A stretch of DNA of 64,000 bases from an uncultured Candidatus Saccharibacteria bacterium (lineage in GTDB: Bacteria; Patescibacteriota; Minisyncoccia; Phycocordibacterales; UBA9973): positions 197,532-261,531 of the forward strand of contig CAZGOI010000002.1 of the NCBI GenBank assembly GCA_964527185.1, read 5' to 3'. How positions within the stretch are numbered: position 1 is the first letter of the stretch; each line of letters begins with the position of its first letter. Under the pieces are notes generated by a model, which ran no database searches, was not told the origin of the DNA, and worked only from the letters and a program-made list of their open reading frames with translations. Shown one piece after another: positions 19,811-29,434 of the stretch. A program made the translations under genes and the position numbers.

Positions 19811-20670
19811 CTGGCAAATATACCACAAGGCAGCAGTCTGCCACCAGAGGTCTCGGCGATCGCGAGTTCGCCCGATTCGATACTACCAGAAAAATCTTTT
19901 GTCATATATTTTAAATTATTTTCATAAGTTATCGGCGAGTAACCAGCGGTGTAGCCATTTATGAGTATGAAAAGAGGTTTATCTGACATTATTTCTCTGC
20001 ACAAGTCTATCAAGACCAGAAAATCTTCTTCTATTTTCCAGAGCTCGTCTTTCGGGCCATGTCCGAAAGACGGCGGGTCCATGATTATAGCGTCGTACTT
20101 TCTACCTCTTTTTATTTCTCGTTTCAAAAAAGATATACAATCATCTACTATCCAGCGAATTTTTGCATCTGACATTTTTGACAGTTCGGCATTTTCACGC
20201 GCCCAGGCGACTGCCGTTTTTGAACCGTCGACGTGACAAACTTCGGCGCAAGCCCTGGCGCAAGCAAGTGTTGCCCCGCCGGTGTAGGCAAAAAGATTGA
20301 GGACCTTGATCGGCTCGGTATATGAATTTTTATTTTTTGAAATTAAATTGCTCATCCATTGCCAATTTTTTACCTGTTCTGGAAAGAGACCAGTGTGTTT
20401 GAACGAAGATGGTTTGATAGAAAATTGCAGATCGTCGATTTCTATAGCCCAGCGCTTTGGCAAACCAGGACGAACTAGCCATTTTGTGTTTTTGCCTTCC
20501 CTTTTGAACCTAAGATCGGCCTTGGCCCAAGAACTTTCTGGTAAACTCTTTTTCCATAGAGCTTCAGGATCGGGACGACGAAGGATATATGTGCCATAGC
20601 GCTCGAGTTTTTCATTGTCTCCCGAGTCGATCAATTCATAATCTTTTTGTTTTGTTAATTTTTCAATCAT
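19795..20670 (-). CDS. Class I SAM-dependent methyltransferase (RlmI/RlmK-like)
   Basis: KHTGLFPEQ, VLNLFAYTGG, IIMDPPSFG. Confidence 0.88.
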   Translation of the reverse strand: MIEKLTKQKDYELIDSGDNEKLERYGTYILRRPDPEALWKKSLPESSWAKADLRFKREGKNTKWLVRPGLPKRWAIEIDDLQFSIKPSSFKHTGLFPEQVKNWQWMSNLISKNKNSYTEPIKVLNLFAYTGGATLACARACAEVCHVDGSKTAVAWARENAELSKMSDAKIRWIVDDCISFLKREIKRGRKYDAIIMDPPSFGHGPKDELWKIEEDFLVLIDLCREIMSDKPLFILINGYTAGYSPITYENNLKYMTKDFSGSIESGELAIAETSGGRLLPCGIFARWQKN

Positions 20671-20673
20671 GAT

Positions 20674-21603
20674 TTATTTTAAATAACGAGCAATATTTTT
20701 TTGGTGCTCTGCAAATGTCGCCGCAAAGTGGGCTGTACCCGTCTTGTCGTGAATGTAGTATAGATAATCTGAAGCCTGGGGGTAAAGTGCTGCTTTGATA
20801 GCCAAGAGCCCGGGGTTTGAGATCGGTTGGACTGGCAAGCCGAGAGTTTTATATGTTTCCCTATCGGCGTCGACTTGGAGTGGGATATTTTTTTCTATCC
20901 GTTTCCAGAGAATACCCGAGATGATGTAAGCGTCTTTTTCATCGCGCGCTTCTTTTTGTATTATCGAAGCCATACTAACAATATCATCTAAGCTGTGAGA
21001 TGAATTATTTATATCTGGCATCAGGCTAGAAATTTTTTTATTAAAATTGCCAGAGAGTTCGTCGACAATTTCACTAGAGGTCGTCAATTGGTAAAAAAAG
21101 TAAGTGTCGGGAAATAAGTAGCCTTGTTTGCTTCGATCATCGCTTAAAAATAAATCTCTTCTGAAAGCAAGCAACTTGTCGCCGAGTGTTTGAGCCATAT
21201 CGATATTTGTAAAACCTTCTTTGAGGGTGATCCTAATCGGGTCTATGCCGTGGTTACCATTGGCAAGCGACCATGCCACACGCCAAACAGGTAGACGTTC
21301 TTTAAAAAGATAGTCGCCGCGCATTATCGGCCGGCCGAGTCTAAAAATTTCTACAAAAAACTGCAGGGCGCTCGCCTGTCTAACAACAGATTTTGCTTCA
21401 AGTTCTGTGGCAACAGCCCGTAGAGATTCACCTGAGGCAACGTGTATCGTGGTGCCTTCACCGCGGACAAACGCTTTATTTGAAAGCGGAGCCGAGAGTG
21501 TGTAGTAAAGAAAGATTGCTAAAAAACACAATATGAAAAAAATATTTAAGATTGGGTTCGGAAAAAATATTTTTAGTTTTTTTGAAAAAGAATTATCCTC
21601 CAT
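20674..21603 (-). CDS. mltG: Endolytic transglycosylase MltG (YceG family)
   Basis: N-terminal TM; GYLFPDTY, ASIIQKE, LQVD, GLP..PISNPG. Confidence 0.92.
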   Translation of the reverse strand: MEDNSFSKKLKIFFPNPILNIFFILCFLAIFLYYTLSAPLSNKAFVRGEGTTIHVASGESLRAVATELEAKSVVRQASALQFFVEIFRLGRPIMRGDYLFKERLPVWRVAWSLANGNHGIDPIRITLKEGFTNIDMAQTLGDKLLAFRRDLFLSDDRSKQGYLFPDTYFFYQLTTSSEIVDELSGNFNKKISSLMPDINNSSHSLDDIVSMASIIQKEARDEKDAYIISGILWKRIEKNIPLQVDADRETYKTLGLPVQPISNPGLLAIKAALYPQASDYLYYIHDKTGTAHFAATFAEHQKNIARYLK

Positions 21604-21606
21604 AAG

Positions 21607-22896
21607 CTAGACTGGGAGATTAGCAGGAGGCTTGGCAATTTTAGATTCGATACGCTTAAAGCTCGGCGTCTCTGAGACCATACCTGGGAAGTGAAATATC
21701 GTTGCCAGCTCTTCGGACGACATAACAAAAATATTTGGTTTGCCCGATGGAAAGAAAGCTCTAACAATCGCAGGGTACTCAAACGCATATTGAATTGGCG
21801 GATGGAAAAATGTTCGCATGCGATAGAAATTTAGGAGTCGCTTTTTAATTTTTGTCAGAGCAAGACCTGTCGGGTCGCTCCACGGCGCATCGAATTGTGT
21901 CGAGTTAACACGATTGAGTTCATTGATATCCGGCTGGGCGTACTGCCTCCAGATTAGACGAGAAGCTCGACGGAGGTTATTGAATTGTTCTTCGCTGACT
22001 AGGCGCTTGTCTGAAAGAGTGACAACTCGAATACCGCAATCAAAGTGGATCTTGCTTTCATTGTCGGTTACGACTTTTATCAAGTGTTCCACTGGCTTTG
22101 GAGTTCGAACATCCATACCAAAAGTTTCCCCATTTTCATTTTTTTGGATACGAGTGTATGGTTTAAGAATTTGAAATTGAAATTCTTCAGCAGCTGTATA
22201 GAAATCTACGTGCTTGCCAGTTGTATGGCTGTGGTATTTTTTAATACTTTGCCTAATTATTATTTGCACCCACATTTGTTGACCTTTTGACAGCGAGCCC
22301 AGAAATTCTATAACCGGAGTTATCGGGTCGACTTTGTATTCTTCTTTGGTACCAGTATCCATTTCCTCCATATCGCGATAGGTCTTGATCGGTAGGAAAT
22401 CTTCTTTCATTTTTGAATATTCGCAACCCCACACATACCAATCACCACTTTTTGTATACTCTGGAACGTGTCTAGTATAATCATCGACTTCTACAACTTT
22501 TGCTTGTGGGTATTGGGCGTAAATTTGCGTTTCTATAAGATCTCGTACACGAGATGGAGTTCTAATAAAGAAGTGAACCCGGCCGTCGATCGAAGCAATT
22601 TCAAGTGAAAACCAAAACCACGGCGCGCCTTGAATATATTGTTCCCAGAAACCCTTGTTGCTCTGATGATAAAAGGCGTTAGAAAACACAAGTTCCATAG
22701 CCGCTGGACTCTTGATGACTTCGCGCGGAACTTGGACTTCGAGCAGGATCCATTTGATGCCCATGATGAACCTTTCTTGGCGGTAGTGGTGCCAGAGCCT
22801 AAGAGCGATAATAGAAAGAGGGATCGGCATCAGGTAGCCGATAGCGACCAGGAGGAGTTGGAGTATGTTGTGTGTAGCGAAAAAGTCCCCGACCAT
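21607..22896 (-). CDS. Membrane-anchored conserved hypothetical protein
   Basis: 429-aa ORF with N-terminal TM, SLEIAS and ELATIFHFP motifs; preceded by TGnTATAAT. Confidence 0.75.
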   Translation of the reverse strand: MVGDFFATHNILQLLLVAIGYLMPIPLSIIALRLWHHYRQERFIMGIKWILLEVQVPREVIKSPAAMELVFSNAFYHQSNKGFWEQYIQGAPWFWFSLEIASIDGRVHFFIRTPSRVRDLIETQIYAQYPQAKVVEVDDYTRHVPEYTKSGDWYVWGCEYSKMKEDFLPIKTYRDMEEMDTGTKEEYKVDPITPVIEFLGSLSKGQQMWVQIIIRQSIKKYHSHTTGKHVDFYTAAEEFQFQILKPYTRIQKNENGETFGMDVRTPKPVEHLIKVVTDNESKIHFDCGIRVVTLSDKRLVSEEQFNNLRRASRLIWRQYAQPDINELNRVNSTQFDAPWSDPTGLALTKIKKRLLNFYRMRTFFHPPIQYAFEYPAIVRAFFPSGKPNIFVMSSEELATIFHFPGMVSETPSFKRIESKIAKPPANLPV

Positions 22897-22918
22897 GGAA
22901 GTATTATAACATGAAAAT

Positions 22919-22949
22919 AATAAATCCCGCTTGTTTTGCGGGATTTATT
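22919..22949. terminator. Terminator hairpin
   Basis: AATAAATCCCGC-N7-GCGGGATTTATT. Confidence 0.7.
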
Positions 22950-22954
22950 TGAAA

Positions 22955-23986
22955 CTAAACTGTAGTATACAGGCCGTTTTTATTTTTTTTGAAATATTTT
23001 GAATTCTGGAGGTTGACCAAGATTGTATTTTTCTTCAGATACCTTTCCTTCATGACTTGCTCGACGATATTTTCCTTTGACATTGGACCATTTTTCTTTA
23101 ACAGTTCTTTTATGACGTCACGGACGACACCAGATTTGTAGCCCCATTCTGACAGAGCGTAGATACCGCGGCCGACGAGCACAAAACGAGGGTCTTTGAT
23201 GAGTTCATTGTGGCAAGTTGCAGTGTGGCACTTTTTGTTAAATGTATTTGAGATCGCTTTGGCAACTTCGCGGAAATGCATTGGTGAACCATGTTTGCGC
23301 ATCATCAGAAACGCATAATCTTTAACCCCTCTTGTTTTAACACCCGAGGAATCAGCCTTGCCCCATTCACCGAGCGGGTTGCGACTAAGATTTTTTGACA
23401 TAGAAAGCCAACGGCGAGCAATCTCTTCGTTTTTATATTGCTCGGATAAATTTTTTACTTCGTCTAAGAAACGCGATATCAACTCGCCTTCTGGCACGAG
23501 TTCGTCATCTGTTAGGTTTGAATATAAATTTTTTAGTGATTTATGAACTTCATCTGCAATCGAATCATCGACACTCCAACGAGTTCTAAAATCGTCATCT
23601 TCTTTGTGCTTTTTGAAACCATCACCGAGAGTTAGATACAGGTGGATATGATTTTGGGTAAGTTTGTCTTTTGAAATATGCTCTAGCAATTCTTGTTCTG
23701 AAACAATAGCCCCGAGAGTGTTGATGAGTTTTTTTAATTCTTCAAAAACCGCTTTTTCATCTTTGAAAGATTGAGACTTTCGAACCATTCCGATGGCAGC
23801 ATTTTCTATTTGTCTGACACGTTCGCGGGTAATGCCATATTTCTGACCGATAGCTTCGAGGGTTTTTCTTTCGGTATCATCGGTAATGCCAAAACGGTTG
23901 GTCACAACTTCATAAGCCCGATCTGGGAGGTCAGATAAGATTCTTTTAGTAACTTGTTTTGGTTTAAATGTGATTGTGTTGGCCAT
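22955..23986 (-). CDS. Sigma-70 region-4 HTH protein with C-terminal RNAP-delta/HARE-like HTH domains
   Basis: TLEAIGQKYGITRERVRQIE; C-terminal HNELIKDPRFVLVGRGIYALSEWG. Confidence 0.8.
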   Translation of the reverse strand: MANTITFKPKQVTKRILSDLPDRAYEVVTNRFGITDDTERKTLEAIGQKYGITRERVRQIENAAIGMVRKSQSFKDEKAVFEELKKLINTLGAIVSEQELLEHISKDKLTQNHIHLYLTLGDGFKKHKEDDDFRTRWSVDDSIADEVHKSLKNLYSNLTDDELVPEGELISRFLDEVKNLSEQYKNEEIARRWLSMSKNLSRNPLGEWGKADSSGVKTRGVKDYAFLMMRKHGSPMHFREVAKAISNTFNKKCHTATCHNELIKDPRFVLVGRGIYALSEWGYKSGVVRDVIKELLKKNGPMSKENIVEQVMKERYLKKNTILVNLQNSKYFKKNKNGLYTTV

Positions 23987-24090
23987 CTAAGTTTTGAAGT
24001 TAATATCTAAATAATTTTTTACAATTTTGATAATATCATTAGTCTCAAATAAAGTCAACTTTCGATCTTGCCCTTGATTTTGGGGATATT

Positions 24091-25911
24091 TTAGATACTT
24101 TCTTTTGAAGATTTTGACTTTGTTCTACCCTGTTCGGTGAGTATCTTCTTGCGCAAGCGGACACTTTTGGGTGTAATTTCCAAATATTCATCGTCGGCCA
24201 TTATCTCAAGACCGCGCTCGATGTTTAGTGTAAGTGGCGGCTTGAGAACTATAGCCTCATCGCTGCCGCTGGCCCGCATATTTGTTAGCTGTTTGCCTTT
24301 GATCGGGTTGACTACCATTTCCTCGCCCTTGGTTACATTGCCAACAACCATGCCTTCATAGACTTCGGTACCATGATCTATATATAGTGTCCCACGCTCT
24401 TGGAGGTTCCATAGCGAATAGGCGACGGCTTTGCCGAGGATCATTGAAGTCATCGAGCCGACGTCTCGCTTTTTAATTTCCCCAGTATAATCTTTGAAGC
24501 CGATAAATCGCGAAGCCAATATCCCCTCGCCTTTTGTGTCGACGATAAACTGATTACGGTAACCGAGCAGCCCGCGAGTTGGAATTTCGATTTGGATTCG
24601 AGAGATGCCTTCTTTTTCGTGCATGTTTGTGATCTGGCCGCGGCGAGCTGTTAATTTCTCGATGACCGTACCAGAGAATTCGCTTCGAACATCTATCGTG
24701 ACTTCTTCATATGGTTCTAATTTTTTTCCATTTTCTTCTTTGATGATAACGTGTGGTTGCGAAACTTGCAGTTCATAACCTTCGCGCCGCATATTTTCGA
24801 GCAAGACTGCAATATGAAGCTCGCCACGGCCATAGACTAGGTAACCCTCTTGGACTTCTTCTTTGTCTTCGTTATTAAAATTAATCCGCAGGCCGACATT
24901 GACCTCGAGCTCTTTTTCCAAACGCTCTCTTATTTGTCTGCCGGTTACAAATTTACCCTCGCGACCGGCAAACGGCGAATCGTTGACCAAGAAATTAAGT
25001 GATATCGTCGGCTCATCGATAGCGATAGATGGCATGGCTTCTGTACCCTCGCTATCGCAAATAGTCTCGCCGATAAATACATCTGGAATACCAGCGACGA
25101 TACCGATATCGCCTGTGCTTAAATTCTCTACTTCTTTTCTATTTATTCCTTCAAAGCTAAAGAGCTTTGTGATGCGAGCGCTTCGCGAGGTTCCACCTTC
25201 GTTTTTGACTATTATTTGACTACCAGTTTTGACAGAGCCAGCATAGACGCGGACGATGGCCAAGCGACCGAGGAAATTGTCGTAGCCCAAGTTAAAAACT
25301 TGAGCCTGAAAGGGCTTGTCTATATCTTTGCTCGCGTCTTTGACTTCGTGGAGTACGAGATCAAGCAGTGGCGAGAGGTCTTTTGATTCATCGTCTAGAT
25401 TGTTTTTGGCAATTCCATCGCGGCTGATGGCATAGATGGTCTTGAAATTTATCTGTTCTTCGTTTGCGCCGAGTTCGAGGAATAGTTCGAGTACTTCTTC
25501 GTGCACCCGATTTGGGTCGGCTGCATTTTTATCTATTTTATTTATAACGACGATTGGTTTGAGACCAAGTTCGAGCGATTTCTTTAGGACAAATCTTGTT
25601 TGCGGCATCGGGCCTTCTTGGGCATCGACTAGGAGAAGCACCGAGTCGATAGCGCGTAAAACACGCTCGACTTCTGAACCAAAATCGGCGTGGCCGGGAG
25701 TATCGACGATATTTATTTTTGTGCCTTTATAATTTACGCTTGTATTTTTTGAATAGATAGTGATACCGCGTTCAAGTTCAAGGGCGTTCGAATCCATCGA
25801 GACGCCTTCTTCTACCATACCGCATTGTTTCATCAATTGGTCTGTCAGTGTAGTCTTGCCGTGGTCGACGTGCGCGATGATTGCTATATTTCTAATTTCT
25901 TTTGGTTCCAT
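24091..25911 (-). CDS. typA: Translational GTPase TypA/BipA
   Basis: AHVDHGKTT, DTPGHADF, GRGELH, YLEITPKSVRLRK. Confidence 0.97.
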   Translation of the reverse strand: MEPKEIRNIAIIAHVDHGKTTLTDQLMKQCGMVEEGVSMDSNALELERGITIYSKNTSVNYKGTKINIVDTPGHADFGSEVERVLRAIDSVLLLVDAQEGPMPQTRFVLKKSLELGLKPIVVINKIDKNAADPNRVHEEVLELFLELGANEEQINFKTIYAISRDGIAKNNLDDESKDLSPLLDLVLHEVKDASKDIDKPFQAQVFNLGYDNFLGRLAIVRVYAGSVKTGSQIIVKNEGGTSRSARITKLFSFEGINRKEVENLSTGDIGIVAGIPDVFIGETICDSEGTEAMPSIAIDEPTISLNFLVNDSPFAGREGKFVTGRQIRERLEKELEVNVGLRINFNNEDKEEVQEGYLVYGRGELHIAVLLENMRREGYELQVSQPHVIIKEENGKKLEPYEEVTIDVRSEFSGTVIEKLTARRGQITNMHEKEGISRIQIEIPTRGLLGYRNQFIVDTKGEGILASRFIGFKDYTGEIKKRDVGSMTSMILGKAVAYSLWNLQERGTLYIDHGTEVYEGMVVGNVTKGEEMVVNPIKGKQLTNMRASGSDEAIVLKPPLTLNIERGLEIMADDEYLEITPKSVRLRKKILTEQGRTKSKSSKESI

Positions 25912-25975
25912 AAAAATAAATCGCCCACCGGCGAAATGTGTTTTGATATTATCATAAATTTTCTAAAATGTAAAT

Positions 25976-27070
25976 TTATAGAAGTTTTAAAATGTCGTGG
26001 TATGTGACAACGGCCATGAGGATCATTAGAATGCTGAAGCCGACGGCGTTGGCGATGTTTGCAATTTTGGGTTTTATGCGCGAACCTTTAATTTTTTCAA
26101 TAAATAAAAATAGTAGTCGCCCACCATCGAGCGCCGGAAACGGAATGAGGTTGATGACTGCAAGATTTATAGAAATAAATGCAGTGAAAGACATGAGGTA
26201 AATAAACCCGAGCTTGGCCACTTGGCCTACGACTTGGGTAATGCCGACCGGCCCCGAAATATCATCGAGGCTGCCATGGCCACGAAACGCATTGCCTATC
26301 AAAATACCAAAGCCTTTAATAATATTTGCAAAGGAATCGATGGTGAGGTTAAATCCATAACCAATCGCTTGGACAAATGGCAACTTGAGCGTGCCAATAA
26401 TATCTAGGCCGACCCCGATGGCTGGAGAATTTTTGACAACATCATTTGCTGGTGTGATTTCGGTTTGGTTTGTAACTCCGGCGCGCGAATATGTCAGTGT
26501 GATTGGTTCGCTTGGGTGTCTCTTGATAAAATACTGCACGCTTTCAACCGATGGCGTTTCTGTAGAGTCGTTTTTTGTTTTCATCGATAAGATCGCATCT
26601 CCGGGCAACAGACCGGCTTTGTCGGCCGGAGAAGATTTTGAAACGAGGGTGATAGTCAGAGCTTGGTTTTCAAGTTTAGCGCCAATTGGAGTTTGACCGA
26701 GGGATGTCGGCAAACCAGACATGAAACAAATAGAGAATAAAAACCATGCAAGAACCAGATTCATAAAAATCCCGGCGACGAGGACCGCGGCTTGGGTAAA
26801 AAACGGTTTATTTACAAAACTTCTATTGCTGCCCTTTCCATTTATAGAATCTTCGTCAGGGTTCTCGCCAAAAATTTTTACATACCCGCCAAACGGCAAC
26901 GCGTTGAAATTGTAGCTCGTCTCGCCCTTTTTTATTCCAAAAAGTTTTGGCGGAAAACCAAAAGAAAATTCATCGACCCGCATACCCGAGCGCTTGGCCA
27001 CGATAAAATGCCCAAACTCGTGGGAAATAACAAGCACAAGCAAAATTAGCAAGAAAATTAAGATGTTCAT
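25976..27070 (-). CDS. rseP: RIP metalloprotease RseP (M50 + PDZ)
   Basis: HEFGH, PFGGYV, NLIPFPALDGG. Confidence 0.93.
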   Translation of the reverse strand: MNILIFLLILLVLVISHEFGHFIVAKRSGMRVDEFSFGFPPKLFGIKKGETSYNFNALPFGGYVKIFGENPDEDSINGKGSNRSFVNKPFFTQAAVLVAGIFMNLVLAWFLFSICFMSGLPTSLGQTPIGAKLENQALTITLVSKSSPADKAGLLPGDAILSMKTKNDSTETPSVESVQYFIKRHPSEPITLTYSRAGVTNQTEITPANDVVKNSPAIGVGLDIIGTLKLPFVQAIGYGFNLTIDSFANIIKGFGILIGNAFRGHGSLDDISGPVGITQVVGQVAKLGFIYLMSFTAFISINLAVINLIPFPALDGGRLLFLFIEKIKGSRIKPKIANIANAVGFSILMILMAVVTYHDILKLL

Positions 27071-27082
27071 CTGTATTGTAGG

Positions 27083-27616
27083 TTAGCTCATCACCTCGTT
27101 TTCTTTTTTAGTAAATATTGCTTCGAGGTTTTTATTTGCTTCGTCGACACACTTTTGTATTTCTTCTTTGGCGCGCTTTTTTTCATCTTCACTCATATTG
27201 TCGGTCTTGTTTATCTCGTCTGTTCTATCTTTCCTGACATTGATACGCGCATCTTCGAGTTTTTCTTTTAAAATTTTTGTCAGATTTGTTCGGTTCTCGG
27301 TTGTCAGCGCTGGAAATATGGCTCGCACACCTTCGTTGTCAGAGGCAACACTGAGGCCCAAGTTTGCGCCCGATATTGCACTCTCTATATCTTTTATCTG
27401 GCCTTTGTCCCACGGTACAACGCGAAGGGTTTTTGGGTCTTCGATTGTGATACTTGCAACCGAATTGAGTGGAACTTTAGTCCCATAAGATTCAACTCGA
27501 ACACTATCGAGCACAATCGGTGTGGCGCGGCCAGTGTGAACCTGAGAATAATCTCGAGACAATCGCTCTTCGATTTTTTTTAGTTCCTGCTTAAAATTTA
27601 GAGCATTATATACCAT
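27083..27616 (-). CDS. frr: Ribosome recycling factor
   Basis: HTGRATP, PALTTENR, ARINVR. Confidence 0.96.
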   Translation of the reverse strand: MVYNALNFKQELKKIEERLSRDYSQVHTGRATPIVLDSVRVESYGTKVPLNSVASITIEDPKTLRVVPWDKGQIKDIESAISGANLGLSVASDNEGVRAIFPALTTENRTNLTKILKEKLEDARINVRKDRTDEINKTDNMSEDEKKRAKEEIQKCVDEANKNLEAIFTKKENEVMS

Positions 27617-27625
27617 GTCGGTTTA

Positions 27626-28321
27626 TTATAGCACAAGAGATATATGTTCTAATATCATTTTGACCGATGAACCGGGGTTTCGTAAATAGTTGCGATTGCT
27701 AGAAATTTCTTCGAGCGCAAATTGCGTATCGGTATTTTCCTTATCTGCCTGCCATTTTTTATAGACCGCGCGCTCAAGGGCATTGAGCCATTCGATCGCC
27801 TCGTGCCTAAGGCCACCCGAATCTTCGTCTTCGCTATGAGTTTTGATCATATCTGAAATTAGATCAATTCTTTTTTCTTTTTTTGATTTAATAAATTCAT
27901 TTATTTTTTTATCCAGATCATTCCCCACTTGGGTTTCAGATTTAACTACTTGAACTCGCGACAAAATAGTATCGAGCAAGGCGTTTACTTTTGGAACAAT
28001 TATGAAAAAATGTGTTTCTTGACCAGGTTCTTCGATAATCTTAAGCAGTGTGCGTTCGGCATCGTGGTTTATAAATTTTGCGCCGATGATGCAAAATTTC
28101 TTACCACCGAGTGCCGGCAACTCGGCGTGCCAAGATTTTATTCTCGAACTATCTTCGATATTAAACGAGTCATAGACTTCAATGAACATATCTATGCTGT
28201 TTTTTTGAGCATAACCGCTATTGATTAAAAAATCTCGGAGGCTGTACGGTAGAGCGTTTGGGTTACCCTCAATCACGTATGCATGGTATAAATTTTTTGG
28301 GAAAATTTTTTTGAAATCCAT
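27626..28321 (-). CDS. DNA polymerase III delta-prime-like subunit
   Basis: HAY, LLKIIEEP and TILSR motifs; degenerate P-loop. Confidence 0.75.
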   Translation of the reverse strand: MDFKKIFPKNLYHAYVIEGNPNALPYSLRDFLINSGYAQKNSIDMFIEVYDSFNIEDSSRIKSWHAELPALGGKKFCIIGAKFINHDAERTLLKIIEEPGQETHFFIIVPKVNALLDTILSRVQVVKSETQVGNDLDKKINEFIKSKKEKRIDLISDMIKTHSEDEDSGGLRHEAIEWLNALERAVYKKWQADKENTDTQFALEEISSNRNYLRNPGSSVKMILEHISLVL

Positions 28322-28348
28322 TTTTATTGAGTTTTTGCATTTATTATT

Positions 28349-29362
28349 TTATCTCTTGCTGACAATTGTTTTTTTGTAAGTATCTAGGTGGTTGAGGGCT
28401 TCTCCGGTACCACGAGCAACACACAGTAGTGGCTCCTCGGCTATATAGGCTTTGACTCCAGTGCGCCGATAAATAAGATCGGCTAGATTGCGAAGTTGCG
28501 AAGTACCGCCTGTCATTATTATACCATCGTCGATAATGTCAGCGGCCAATTCTGGTGGAGTTTGTGACAACACGTCTTTAATAGCGCTAAGCATTGTCCG
28601 CAGTTCTTTGTCTATGGCTTTGACTATTTCATTTGTCGAGATCTGGGCTGTTCGAGGAAGGCCTTGGATATAGTCGCGACCTTTGATTGTAATTGTCAGT
28701 TCTTCTTCGAGTGGTACGGCCGCGCCAATTTTTATTTTTATTGCTTCTGCAGTTTTGTCACCGATAGCTAAGTTGAATGTTTTTTTAATATAGTCGGCGA
28801 TAGCTTGGTCGATCTTGTCGCCGGCGCATTTAACAGAAGTCGAGGCGACTATTCCGCCGAGTGATATAACAGCGATGTCGGTCGTGCCACCACCGATATC
28901 CATGATCATGTGGCCTTTTGATTCTTGGATCGGAATACCAGCGCCGATGGCTGCCAAGATTGGCTCTTTGACAACGTATGCATTCTTGGCGCCAGCCCGA
29001 ACAGCCGCTTCAACAACTGCGCGGCGCTCGGTCGAAGTAATTCCCGCCGGCACCGAGACCATGACGTCTGGTTTAAATAAATTATATTTGCCAAGAGCTT
29101 TGTTTATAAAATATCGGAGCATGGCTTCGGTCACTCGGTAGTCAGCGATGACGCCGTCTTTCATCGGCCGGTAGACTATGATGCTCTCAGGGGTTTTGCC
29201 GATCATGTCTTTTGCCTCGGCCCCAATGGCAAGAATGATATTGTCTTGTTCGGCGACCGCCACAACCGAGGGTTCGTTCAAAACTATGCCCTTACCAGGC
29301 AAGTAGACGAGGGTGTTTGCCGTTCCCAAATCAATCCCTAATTTTTTTGAAATTAAAGCCAT
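28349..29362 (-). CDS. mreB: Rod-shape-determining actin homologue MreB/Mbl
   Basis: GIDLGTANT, EPSVVA, DIGGGTTD, TPPELAADI. Confidence 0.96.
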   Translation of the reverse strand: MALISKKLGIDLGTANTLVYLPGKGIVLNEPSVVAVAEQDNIILAIGAEAKDMIGKTPESIIVYRPMKDGVIADYRVTEAMLRYFINKALGKYNLFKPDVMVSVPAGITSTERRAVVEAAVRAGAKNAYVVKEPILAAIGAGIPIQESKGHMIMDIGGGTTDIAVISLGGIVASTSVKCAGDKIDQAIADYIKKTFNLAIGDKTAEAIKIKIGAAVPLEEELTITIKGRDYIQGLPRTAQISTNEIVKAIDKELRTMLSAIKDVLSQTPPELAADIIDDGIIMTGGTSQLRNLADLIYRRTGVKAYIAEEPLLCVARGTGEALNHLDTYKKTIVSKR

Positions 29363-29434
29363 AATCAAATGTTATAGAGCTACTATAGCATAAAATCATA
29401 TCTTTAGGATGGACCTCTATGCTAGGATATTAGT